From positions 1-33,333 of IMG/VR virus record IMGVR_UViG_3300010011_000003: DNA of 33,333 bases. The stretch is one strand, 5' to 3'. The DNA comes from a virus. Lineage: Duplodnaviria; Caudoviricetes. The position numbers and the translations under genes are program-made. Under the pieces are notes generated by a model. It had not been told where the DNA came from and ran no database searches. It saw only the letters and a list, made by a program, of their open reading frames with translations. Below are positions 26,474 to 33,333 of the stretch, piece after piece (the first letter of the stretch is position 1; every line of letters begins with the position of its first letter).

Positions 26474-27104
26474 TGCCGTTCTCCTCCAAAATCTTGTCGG
26501 CTAGTTCGTCCGCGCGACGGCCAATCGTCACGACAGTCGCCTCGACCGGCGTCGAATCGACCAGGTCCTGTTCCTCTTCGCTGATCCGCAAGCCTTTCAA
26601 GACGTCCGGAAAGGCGTCGCGCAGCGCCCAGGCCCGCGCTCGCATTTGCAGCATGCGAGCCGGATAGGTCTTCCATGTCTCGCGATTCGCCAAGCCGGCG
26701 CGTCGCGCGTCAGCCATGGTGAACGTTCGCTTGATCGGTTTGCAGCCGCGCCGCTGGACGACGCAATGCGCCGCAATCGGATTGCCAGCGTCGTCGTAGT
26801 CCATGGATTCTTCGAAGGCCTCGTGAACCCATTGCGGACAAGCCATACACATGGCTAAGGCCGCGTCGCCCCAGATCGACGGCCTACCGTTGATCACCGC
26901 AATATTCTGGAGCGCCGCCAATGGATTGAGTCCAAGTTCCAGGCCGAATTCAATGGCAACCGCCACCTTCTCTGGCTTGCCGATATAGTCCTTCGGACAG
27001 AGTTCAGACTTTGCGACAATCTGCGAGAACCTCCAAAGGTCCTCGGTACTCCGAATCTGAATGCCACGAGTGCCTATCGTGGCTGGTACGTGATCGTTAC
27101 TCAT
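26388..27104 (-). CDS. recT: RecT-like single-strand annealing recombinase
   Basis: GLELGLNP..ALQNIAVINGRPSIWGD, WKTYPARMLQMRAR..ALRDAFPDVL; AGGAGG RBS before ATG 27104. Confidence 0.85.
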   Translation of the reverse strand: MSNDHVPATIGTRGIQIRSTEDLWRFSQIVAKSELCPKDYIGKPEKVAVAIEFGLELGLNPLAALQNIAVINGRPSIWGDAALAMCMACPQWVHEAFEESMDYDDAGNPIAAHCVVQRRGCKPIKRTFTMADARRAGLANRETWKTYPARMLQMRARAWALRDAFPDVLKGLRISEEEQDLVDSTPVEATVVTIGRRADELADKILEENGNGKSNGEGEKDSGNLFAVSERATGGDPA

Positions 27105-28011
27105 CGCAACCTCCTCCTTTGACTTTGAGAACTCGAAATGTCGAAACTCTTTCCAATGCCGCCGCGATATCTGGATAGCGTTTTCGTAGCTCGGTCGTAT
27201 CAACGCAGCGTCGCGTCTGTTCGCGATAGGTGATCTCGCGCCCGTCGAGCAATCGTCCAACAGTGGCGTCGCCGAGCGCGTCGATCAGCCGTCGTTGGTG
27301 GAGTTCGATCGCCTCCTCGATCTCTTTTCGCCGGCGCAGCAGCTCGGAGTATTCGCTGAGGATTGGCGCCAGATCGTCTGGCAAGGCGATAATCTTGTCT
27401 TCGCGTCTTCGCGATCGAAGAATCTCCAGCGGCGGCGGTTCCGTGGACGGCGGAATTCTCGGCTCGACGTGTTCTTTCCAGAAGTGATTGCAGCGCGCGC
27501 GAATCGCTTCGATCAGCTTCTCGTGGCGCGGAATACGATAGATTCGCCATTCCAGCTTCGTCGTCGCCACCGCAGCGGCAACGATCACCTCCTTCAATTC
27601 GCCGACAAAGGCCTGGTGTTGACACTGAATCAGAACGTGGTCAGGAACCTCGTCGGTGAACGGCTGACCCCAATATTGAGCGCCGGACGCCGAGACATAC
27701 TTGCATTCGATCGCGAAGCCGTCGCCGAGCGCGTCGAATGTGGCAGATAAGAGTGGATCGTCTTTCGCGACTCGAAATTGATTGCGACGGACGCCATTCA
27801 ATCCAAGCTCGTCGCAAGCGAACTCGATGAGTGGCTTTTCGAGACGGTGGCCAGTCATCATGGCGTCGGTCGATTCGTCACTCCGGCGCGGCTCGACCTT
27901 GCGCCAATAGATATCGCTGGCTGTTTGCCACGGCGAGACGCCACAAATTGCAGGCGACTCAGAGGCTCCAATATGCAGCCTTCGTAGCTCCCGCTGCCGT
28001 GCGGTCAGCAT
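27097..28011 (-). CDS. YqaJ-like viral recombination exonuclease
   Basis: IGASE..AICGVSPW, G.RLE, ATFD, IECK, QCQHQ. Confidence 0.9.
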   Translation of the reverse strand: MLTARQRELRRLHIGASESPAICGVSPWQTASDIYWRKVEPRRSDESTDAMMTGHRLEKPLIEFACDELGLNGVRRNQFRVAKDDPLLSATFDALGDGFAIECKYVSASGAQYWGQPFTDEVPDHVLIQCQHQAFVGELKEVIVAAAVATTKLEWRIYRIPRHEKLIEAIRARCNHFWKEHVEPRIPPSTEPPPLEILRSRRREDKIIALPDDLAPILSEYSELLRRRKEIEEAIELHQRRLIDALGDATVGRLLDGREITYREQTRRCVDTTELRKRYPDIAAALERVSTFRVLKVKGGGCDE

Positions 28012-28112
28012 CGTGCACGTCCTACTCGGTCCTTGCGCGAGAGCCAGTCGGGGAGAGAGGCGACGGCTCCCGCGCGTCCGTCATTCCTTCTCCCCGGGCG
28101 ACGCGCCCGCCT

Positions 28113-28979
28113 CTACTCCAGCGAAGGAAGAATCACCGATCCCCCTGACGCAATGCGTGGATCGACATAATGCTCGATCGTCGTCTTTGCCGACGTGTGG
28201 CCGAGCAGCGTCTGCGCTGCTGCGATTCCAGCTTGCGCTGCGGCCAGCGACGCAGCCGTTCGGCGAATCTTGTGAAAGAGTCCAAAATGTTCGCCTGGAA
28301 GCGGTTCGAGATTGGCCGGGCGCGCGATCTTCTTCCGGAATGTCGTGAAGAAATGCCTTCTGCAGTGGGGCCATTCCCAGACCAACTCGCGTTTCGGCCA
28401 CTGCAATTCTTTGATCTTCGCGATCACGTAATCTGGCAGCTTGAAGATTTGCTCGCTCTTGGTCTTGCTGTTCTCGGCGCGCAGGACGATGAAGCCTTTT
28501 TTCAGGTCGATATCCCGCCATTTCACTTTGAGCAGCGCGCCGATACGCGAACCTGTGTGGTAGGCAACGGCGATCAGCGTTGGCCACCAAAGCCTGGCCA
28601 ATTGGACGCCGACGCGCCCTTGAAGGCAGTTGGCGACGCGATACAGCCGTTGAAACTCGTCGAGGCCCCAAGCATGTGGCGTGCGCCGAGCGCACTTGAT
28701 CTTTGGCTTTGGTGGTAGCTTGCGGATATAACCACACTCCTGAGCGAATCTCAGGAGCGAATACAGACGCCGAATGTAGCCAGCCTGAGTATGGCTGCTC
28801 GCAGTGAATCGCCGAAGCCAAAGCAAGTATCGGCCAATGGCTTCGACATCGATCTTGCGAATGTCGACGACTCCAGTTGCAGCTTCGAATCGCGCCGCGG
28901 TGATCAGGATTAGCTTCGCGTAGTCGTGAGAGAGTGGGCGCGAGATAATGTAGAGATTTGCCAACTTCGAAAGTGTCAT
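28113..28979 (-). CDS. int: Tyrosine recombinase/integrase (no arm-binding N-domain evident)
   Basis: Catalytic set TGSR, SKT, HKIRR, LLGH, HY; GAGGAGG RBS. Confidence 0.9.
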   Translation of the reverse strand: MTLSKLANLYIISRPLSHDYAKLILITAARFEAATGVVDIRKIDVEAIGRYLLWLRRFTASSHTQAGYIRRLYSLLRFAQECGYIRKLPPKPKIKCARRTPHAWGLDEFQRLYRVANCLQGRVGVQLARLWWPTLIAVAYHTGSRIGALLKVKWRDIDLKKGFIVLRAENSKTKSEQIFKLPDYVIAKIKELQWPKRELVWEWPHCRRHFFTTFRKKIARPANLEPLPGEHFGLFHKIRRTAASLAAAQAGIAAAQTLLGHTSAKTTIEHYVDPRIASGGSVILPSLE

Positions 28980-29108
28980 GCTGCTGCCTCCTCAGGTGCA
29001 AGGCGGCCCCGTAGGCCGCCGTGCCCCGTGAAGGCCGCGAACCGCAACGTCTGCTCCTGATTCGAGCATAATTCGCGATTCGCAGTTCTAAAAATTCAGA
29101 AAAAATTG

Positions 29109-29294
29109 TCATGGCGCCGCCCCGTCGCGAAGACCAGATAAGGTTCGGCGGACCTCGATTTCGGTGACGATTCGCCGGATCAGATCAGCCTTGCTGCGTG
29201 CGCCGCGGAGCGTTGCGCCCATCTTCGCGAGAATCTCTTTCAACTCGCGCACTGACATGTTCGTCAGCTTGGCCACGTCAATCGCGGTCGTCAC
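29109..29294 (-). CDS. Small Rho-N/SAP/HeH-like nucleic-acid-binding protein
   Basis: LTNMSVRELKEILAKMG..KADLIRRI; AGGAGG RBS before GTG. Confidence 0.65.
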   Translation of the reverse strand: MTTAIDVAKLTNMSVRELKEILAKMGATLRGARSKADLIRRIVTEIEVRRTLSGLRDGAAP

Positions 29295-29513
29295 GGCCAG
29301 ACCTCCTGTATTAGAGGCTGCGACGGCGTGCTCACACCGCGTGAGCAGGACTTGTCCCAGTGGGCTTTAGGACACGCCAAAAATTTGCTGCCTGATCGCC
29401 GTCGCAGATTCCTCTCGTCGATTGCGGGCGAGACGCCCAACCAGTTTTTGGGCACCCGCTCAGTCGCCGCAGCGGCGGCTAAGAAAGGTGCCAATGATTT
29501 GGTAACTGCCTAT

Positions 29514-29542
29514 AGTCTAGGAAAGGTCCTAGGGTTTGTCAA
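29514..29542 (-). promoter_or_regulatory. Early-operon sigma70-type promoter with CTAGG operator-like sites
   Basis: TTGACA (29537-42), 17 bp, TAGACT (29514-19); spacer contains CCTAGG and CTTTCCTAG. Confidence 0.7.
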
Positions 29543-29583
29543 TACCCCAAGACTAGATTTTGCCGAAGCGATATAAGAACAGA

Positions 29584-29790
29584 TTAGGACGAGACTTGCG
29601 ACGGATTGCGTTGCTTGCGCTCGCGTTCCAGACGAGCGACTTCGCGTTCTGGAATGGCTCTCACATAGCCGAATTTTACGGATTCGATGCGCCCTTCACA
29701 AATGAATTGGTGCACGCGCCCGGGCGACACTTTGAGTCGCTCGGCCACTTCACGAACTGTATAGTATTTTTCACCTTGGAGCATGCTCAT
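29584..29790 (-). CDS. HTH_17 (excisionase/MerR-like) DNA-binding protein
   Basis: YYTVREVAERLKVSPGRVHQFICEGRIESVKFG. Confidence 0.85.
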   Translation of the reverse strand: MSMLQGEKYYTVREVAERLKVSPGRVHQFICEGRIESVKFGYVRAIPEREVARLERERKQRNPSQVSS

Positions 29791-29796
29791 GCCTCC

Positions 29797-29815
29797 ATTA
29801 TAGCAACTTTCCTAG
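29797..29815 (-). promoter_or_regulatory. Extended -10 promoter of the HTH gene with CTAGGAAAG site
   Basis: Minus strand CCTAGGAAAGTTGCTATAAT, 6 nt before the first ATG (possibly leaderless). Confidence 0.55.
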
Positions 29816-29827
29816 GTCGTGACCAGA

Positions 29828-29900
29828 AATTAAGGCAGGTGTTACCAGGCTCATTGGCACCGCCGAAGCCCCCTGGTCCTCGCGGATCCAGGCACCTGCC
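29828..29900 (-). ncRNA. Structured RNA unit 1 (three-way junction; putative antisense to early leader)
   Basis: Outer stem GGCAGGTG/CACCTGCC, GCGA-tetraloop hairpin, second hairpin, 3' TTAATT; complementary to the leader at 29487-29510. Confidence 0.55.
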
Positions 29901-29910
29901 AAGGGAACGC

Positions 29911-29984
29911 ATGAAAGCTAGAATTAAGGCAGACGCACAGGTAGGGGCAGCCACCTGATTAGCGCTCGTGGCGCCGCGTCTGCC
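29911..29984 (-). ncRNA. Structured RNA unit 2 (three-way junction; putative antisense to late leader)
   Basis: Outer stem GGCAGACGC/GCGTCTGCC, two inner hairpins, 3' TTAATT tail; complementary to the leader at 18973-19003. Confidence 0.55.
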
Positions 29985-29987
29985 AGA

Positions 29988-30041
29988 GAGCGGGAGACGG
30001 GATTCGAACCCGCGACCCCCAGCTTGGGAAGCTAGCGCTCT
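29988..30041 (-). other. attP core: 3' two-thirds of tRNA-Gly(CCC)
   Basis: AGAGCG-CTAGC-TTCCCAA-GCTGG-GGGTC-GCGGG-TTCGAAT-CCCGT-CTCCCGC-T; the 5' acceptor strand and most of the D arm are absent. Confidence 0.85.
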
Positions 30042-30054
30042 GTGTCAAGGCAAG

Positions 30055-30084
30055 AAAAGAAAAAACCCGGCATGAAGCCGGGCT
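30055..30084 (-). terminator. Rho-independent terminator upstream of attP
   Basis: CCCGGC-TTCAT-GCCGGG followed by TTTTTTCTTTT. Confidence 0.85.
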
Positions 30085-30123
30085 AGACAAGGAGGATCGA
30101 CGGAGAGTCAACAGGTCACATAC

Positions 30124-30795
30124 TCAGGCGACACGCGCGCCGTCGGGCTGCCAGACAGCCTCCCACTCGGCACCCTTGTATTCGCCGTTCACGCCGTGGC
30201 GACGGAAGGCGCGATCTGCCAAGGCGATCTCCTCTTTGGTTGGCAGCGTCGCAAGCTCTTCGACAGACCAAGGCAACTCACGCTCGTTATGTTCGTAGGC
30301 CCGTCCATGATAGAATCGGACAATCTGCGTTTCGCGCTCGTTTTCTGGCGTCCAAGCCAGTTGGACCCAGCTCGCGTGCGGGTGCCGCTCCAGGCCGTGC
30401 GACTCGAAGACGATGGCCCGGAGAACGCCGACAAAATCGGCTGGTATCTCCTCCCAAGACCAAGGACCAGTTGCGCTCGGCGTCGGACGTGGCGCGATTT
30501 CGTCGAGCGACAGAAGCTCACACAGGCATTCGTCGAAGCGATCTTCGCGGAAATAGCGGTCGAAAACTGCCTCGACTTCCTCAATCTCGGCTAGATCAGG
30601 CATGACAGCCAAGTCTTCGCGGTACCACGGGCAGTTGTGATCTTGCCGCGTTCTCGCGAAGCGGACGACGCGCCGCCGACCGTCCAGCATTGCCAATTGG
30701 ACGAAGTAGTTGTCCTTGACGACGCCGCCGCTCAGGAGCCGGACAATGCGAACAACGCCCTCGAAATTGATTGGAATGCCTTGCCAAGTAATCAT
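30124..30795 (-). CDS. Hypothetical protein with two tandem copies of a ~90-aa domain
   Basis: GAGGAGG RBS; W..IP..F.GV.R / VQLA / VRF / HN / PW..E.LA..P occurs twice. Confidence 0.75.
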   Translation of the reverse strand: MITWQGIPINFEGVVRIVRLLSGGVVKDNYFVQLAMLDGRRRVVRFARTRQDHNCPWYREDLAVMPDLAEIEEVEAVFDRYFREDRFDECLCELLSLDEIAPRPTPSATGPWSWEEIPADFVGVLRAIVFESHGLERHPHASWVQLAWTPENERETQIVRFYHGRAYEHNERELPWSVEELATLPTKEEIALADRAFRRHGVNGEYKGAEWEAVWQPDGARVA

Positions 30796-31222
30796 GTTTT
30801 CGTCCTCCTCTGTCTCTGGTACGTTTACCTCTGGCGAAGCCTAACACGCATTCTCTGCTTAGTTACTCCCACTCATCAGGTTCGGTAGCAACCACTCTGT
30901 AGAATTCGTTTCCGTTCTCGTCGGCTACTACCCAGTCCACATCTGGATATTGCCCTCCCAGAAAATCTGCCATCTCGCATGCCTCCACGAAGGATGTAAA
31001 CCAACGATCCTCGTCACTGTAGAGCCAGCAGCCGTCCGTCTCGAAGTGGCCGTCTCTCACAACGAAAATCTGGTATCGTTTGCTCATTGGCGTCGCCATT
31101 GTTACTCCTCTTCTTCCAACGCCCTCGAAATTGATTGGAATGTCGTGCCACCTAATCATGTCTTCATCCTCCTCTGCGTACGGTACGTTTGTGCCTAGTG
31201 AACATTAACACGCCTTTTCCGC
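30753..31222. repeat. Diverged ~105-bp direct repeats (30753-30858 and 31117-31222)
   Basis: Shared CAACGCCCTCGAAATTGATTGGAATG..TAATCATGT..TCCTCCTCTG..GGTACGTTT..TAACACGC at a 364-bp offset. Confidence 0.9.
30863..31099 (-). CDS. Hypothetical acidic protein between the repeats
   Basis: GAGGAG RBS before ATG 31099; an in-frame upstream start at 31159 lies within the repeat copy. Confidence 0.6.
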   Translation of the reverse strand: MATPMSKRYQIFVVRDGHFETDGCWLYSDEDRWFTSFVEACEMADFLGGQYPDVDWVVADENGNEFYRVVATEPDEWE

Positions 31223-31564
31223 CAACTTGGCGATCTTGCTCAGCGCCGTCTGGCTCGGCAGCTGTTGGCCGCGCTCCCAGCGTGAGACGGTGATGGCGCG
31301 AACACGCAGTGTCGCCGCGAACTCCTCCTGACTCAGGCCGGCGCCGACTCGCAACGTCCGAATCCACCGCGCCGCGGCCTCGACGAGCGGCTGAAGAGCC
31401 TCCTTTTGACTCTCTGAGCCGTTCGAGCACGGCTCTCGCGGCACGCCGTCCTTCGCCGACGTGATCGCCCAACGCGGCTTGTCTCCGCAGTGGCGATCGA
31501 CCCAGAGAAACCAACTCTGGGATCCAATCATGAATCGCTTTGCTATTTCCCACGCCATGGTCAC
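31205..31564 (-). CDS. XRE-family HTH protein (C-terminal HTH)
   Basis: IRTLRVGAGLSQEEFAATLRVRAITVSRWERG..P; AAGGAGGAG RBS. Confidence 0.85.
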   Translation of the reverse strand: MTMAWEIAKRFMIGSQSWFLWVDRHCGDKPRWAITSAKDGVPREPCSNGSESQKEALQPLVEAAARWIRTLRVGAGLSQEEFAATLRVRAITVSRWERGQQLPSQTALSKIAKLAEKAC

Positions 31565-31851
31565 TCCTCCTTCACGCTAACCGCGAACTTCAAGGTTTCT
31601 CGCGTCTGGTCGTTCCACGCGCCACGCCATTCTTTCGTCGCCGCATCGAATCGGAACCCAAGCCGCTTGAGCACGTCGCGAAGGCGATAGCCGTTCGCGA
31701 TCACCAACTCGCCATTCTCGACGCGGCCCGAAGCCTTGCTCCAATCGTCCGGTTGCCAGCCGCACTCGCAGACGCGATCTGGATTGTCGTACCGATAAAC
31801 ATTGATCCACGCGCCGCACCGCTCACATCGAATCGAACCACCCTTCGCCAT
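31561..31851 (-). CDS. Hypothetical protein with Zn ribbon
   Basis: CERCG..CECG; GYRLRDVLKRLGFRFD..KEW; AAGGAG RBS. Confidence 0.7.
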   Translation of the reverse strand: MAKGGSIRCERCGAWINVYRYDNPDRVCECGWQPDDWSKASGRVENGELVIANGYRLRDVLKRLGFRFDAATKEWRGAWNDQTRETLKFAVSVKEE

Positions 31852-31901
31852 GACTGTTTCTCCTTTGCTTGGAAACCTCGAACCTCATCATCACTACATA
31901 T

Positions 31902-31930
31902 AATATATCGCCTAGTCGGCGTCTAGTCAA
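31902..31930 (-). promoter_or_regulatory. Sigma70-type promoter with CGACTAGGCG site
   Basis: TTGACT (31925-30), 17 bp, TATATT (31902-07). Confidence 0.7.
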
Positions 31931-31988
31931 GAGGAAAAATCTGTCAAAATGTCGTGGGTGGAGTACCGAAAACCACAATATGTTGTAG

Positions 31989-32228
31989 TCAGGCTCTTGG
32001 GAGCACGTGGCGACATTGCTTGCAGCGCCAAACGCGCTTGCCGCCACAAAACAGAGCGACAACGAAGACTGGAATTCCGATAATGAGTCCAACTGGAAAC
32101 GCGGCGATTGATACCGCAGCCGCAATCAGCAATAGGAGACAGCCAAGCGAAACGCCAAGGCAATCGCCAATGCTCGATCTGACCATTTCGCCGCCACAAA
32201 GAGGACACACGACGCGCTTGACCTTCAT
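31989..32228 (-). CDS. Small membrane protein with CxxC-hydrophobic-CxxC (LITAF-like) architecture
   Basis: CPLCG, ~40 hydrophobic residues, CKQC; GGAGGAGG RBS; own promoter. Confidence 0.7.
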   Translation of the reverse strand: MKVKRVVCPLCGGEMVRSSIGDCLGVSLGCLLLLIAAAVSIAAFPVGLIIGIPVFVVALFCGGKRVWRCKQCRHVLPRA

Positions 32229-32257
32229 TTTCGGCCCCTCCTCCAGGAAAATGCGAA

Positions 32258-32301
32258 CGCCTAGTCGCCGCTATATTAGTCAGACGAGGATCACGAGTCA
32301 A
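32258..32301 (-). promoter_or_regulatory. Sigma70-type promoter with second CGACTAGGCG site
   Basis: TTGACT (32296-301), 17 bp, TAATAT (32273-78); 10-mer at 32258-67. Confidence 0.6.
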
Positions 32302-32313
32302 GGACGCAGAATG

Positions 32314-33333
32314 TCAACTCGCATCTGGCGCGTCCTTCACGGCGCACTGGCCGCTGAGCAGCACGCAATCTGTCGTGAGGTCGCGCAGCACGTAGGAATA
32401 GAGACCTGGCGCTGGAACGAGCGAATCGTCGGCGTTGACTGACACGAGACAGCCAGTCGATTGAGGCGTGATCGCGATATCGTCGCCGTCACATTCGGCG
32501 ACGGCAACGCTCGTGTCAGGCCGATAGATTATCAGAGCCAAATCGTGGCCGCTGACGTCTTCGTCGAGTGACCAGGACGCTTTGAGTCTCGCGTATCGCC
32601 AAAGCGTGATCACACCGCCGTCGCCGTCCGTCCGCTGCACATTCGCCACCAGCGGCTGCACCACCACCTGAACCAAATTCTGATCTTTAATCTGTTCCAC
32701 GACGGCGTCGGCAATCGCCTGCTCATCCACGTCAACGCTAGCGCTGGCCAAGACCAATTCGCTGCCACTTTCGCCGATGAAGTGAAGCTTGTCTGCCTGC
32801 TGCTTGATTGCCGCGATGCTTTCGTTGTCCGGCGCAACGTAGGCGCTTGCTTCCAATCGCGTCGTGATTTTGGCGTCCAGATTGTCGAGCATGTCTGCGC
32901 GATCTTGCGTGTAACCGAGCGCCGCGATCTGCTCAGACGGCGAGAGTCCCTGTTGATATGCGCCGACCGTCACGTTGAATCCGAATGCGCTTAACGTCCG
33001 CGTCTCGTGGTTCCAGACGCCAGCCGCCGTCGATGTCCACTCGTCGGTCTTACCAAACGAACCGGCGGTCGTGTGCTCGGACCTTGGCTCGTTCCAAACA
33101 GCGTCTGCGATAGCCGCGTGCTCGCTGGCAACAAGCGAGTACCCCGTCTTATCGTTATTCGTCCCGACGACGACCGTTTCACCGTCCAGCGTCGCCTTCA
33201 CATCTGTGCCCGAGAAGGTTAGTTGGTCCGTCTTGGCCTTGATGGCCGCGATGCCGGCGTTGTCTGGGGCTGTGTACGCCAGCGTTGCCAACCTGGTGGA
33301 TACATTGACATCCAGCTTGGTGAGCGGGTCGGA
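32314..33333 (-). CDS. C-terminal part of a tail-associated protein (about 450 aa if joined to 1-333)
   Basis: Frame open to the window end. Internal repeat LD..V/I.TRL...AY.APDN..IAAIK...D.L.F twice, IADAV twice, beta-rich C-terminal domain. Confidence 0.8.
   Translation of the reverse strand, partial: SDPLTKLDVNVSTRLATLAYTAPDNAGIAAIKAKTDQLTFSGTDVKATLDGETVVVGTNNDKTGYSLVASEHAAIADAVWNEPRSEHTTAGSFGKTDEWTSTAAGVWNHETRTLSAFGFNVTVGAYQQGLSPSEQIAALGYTQDRADMLDNLDAKITTRLEASAYVAPDNESIAAIKQQADKLHFIGESGSELVLASASVDVDEQAIADAVVEQIKDQNLVQVVVQPLVANVQRTDGDGGVITLWRYARLKASWSLDEDVSGHDLALIIYRPDTSVAVAECDGDDIAITPQSTGCLVSVNADDSLVPAPGLYSYVLRDLTTDCVLLSGQCAVKDAPDAS

Larger units (their letters stand above)
1..33333 (-). 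mobile_element. Temperate tailed phage genome (HK97-like head, non-contractile tail), probably complete and circular
   Basis: Packaging, head, tail, lysis, replication, recombination and integration modules are all present with no host genes. The reading frame is continuous across the 1/33333 junction. Confidence 0.9.

Noticed and set aside
28081-29112. 343-aa alternative-frame ORF over the integrase
   Set aside because: Arg-rich with no motifs; the integrase frame has an RBS and catalytic residues.
29291-29494. 67-aa ORF in the early leader
   Set aside because: TTG start with no RBS in a highly structured leader; better read as a 5' UTR.
29988-30041. Functional tRNA-Gly gene
   Set aside because: The 5' acceptor strand and most of the D arm are missing; fits an attP core.

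Overview
The window appears to be a complete, circularly closed 33,333-bp temperate siphovirus genome. The minus-strand ORF running off base 1 continues in frame at base 33333, and an attP-like tRNA-Gly 3' fragment sits internally. Essentially all genes are on the minus strand. Modules: (i) early/regulatory region with HTH proteins, tyrosine integrase, YqaJ-RecT, CsrA, a replication initiator with internal iterons and RusA; (ii) an array-less type IV-B CRISPR-Cas effector module (csf1-cas11-csf2-csf3-cysH-like); (iii) a lysis-position cassette with a papain-like protease and holin but no recognisable muramidase; (iv) HK97-like head and non-contractile tail genes; (v) a translationally coupled tail cassette encoding a protein with about 100 Cys and many C-X3-D/E motifs, a radical SAM/SPASM enzyme and a PRTase-HAD fusion. 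A Planctomycetota host is my inference from gene style and is not proven. The most novel-looking signals are the putative radical-SAM modification system for a virion protein and two tandem structured RNAs just downstream of the attP tRNA fragment that are complementary to the 5' leaders of the early and late operons. All calls come from reading motifs by eye; no searches were run.
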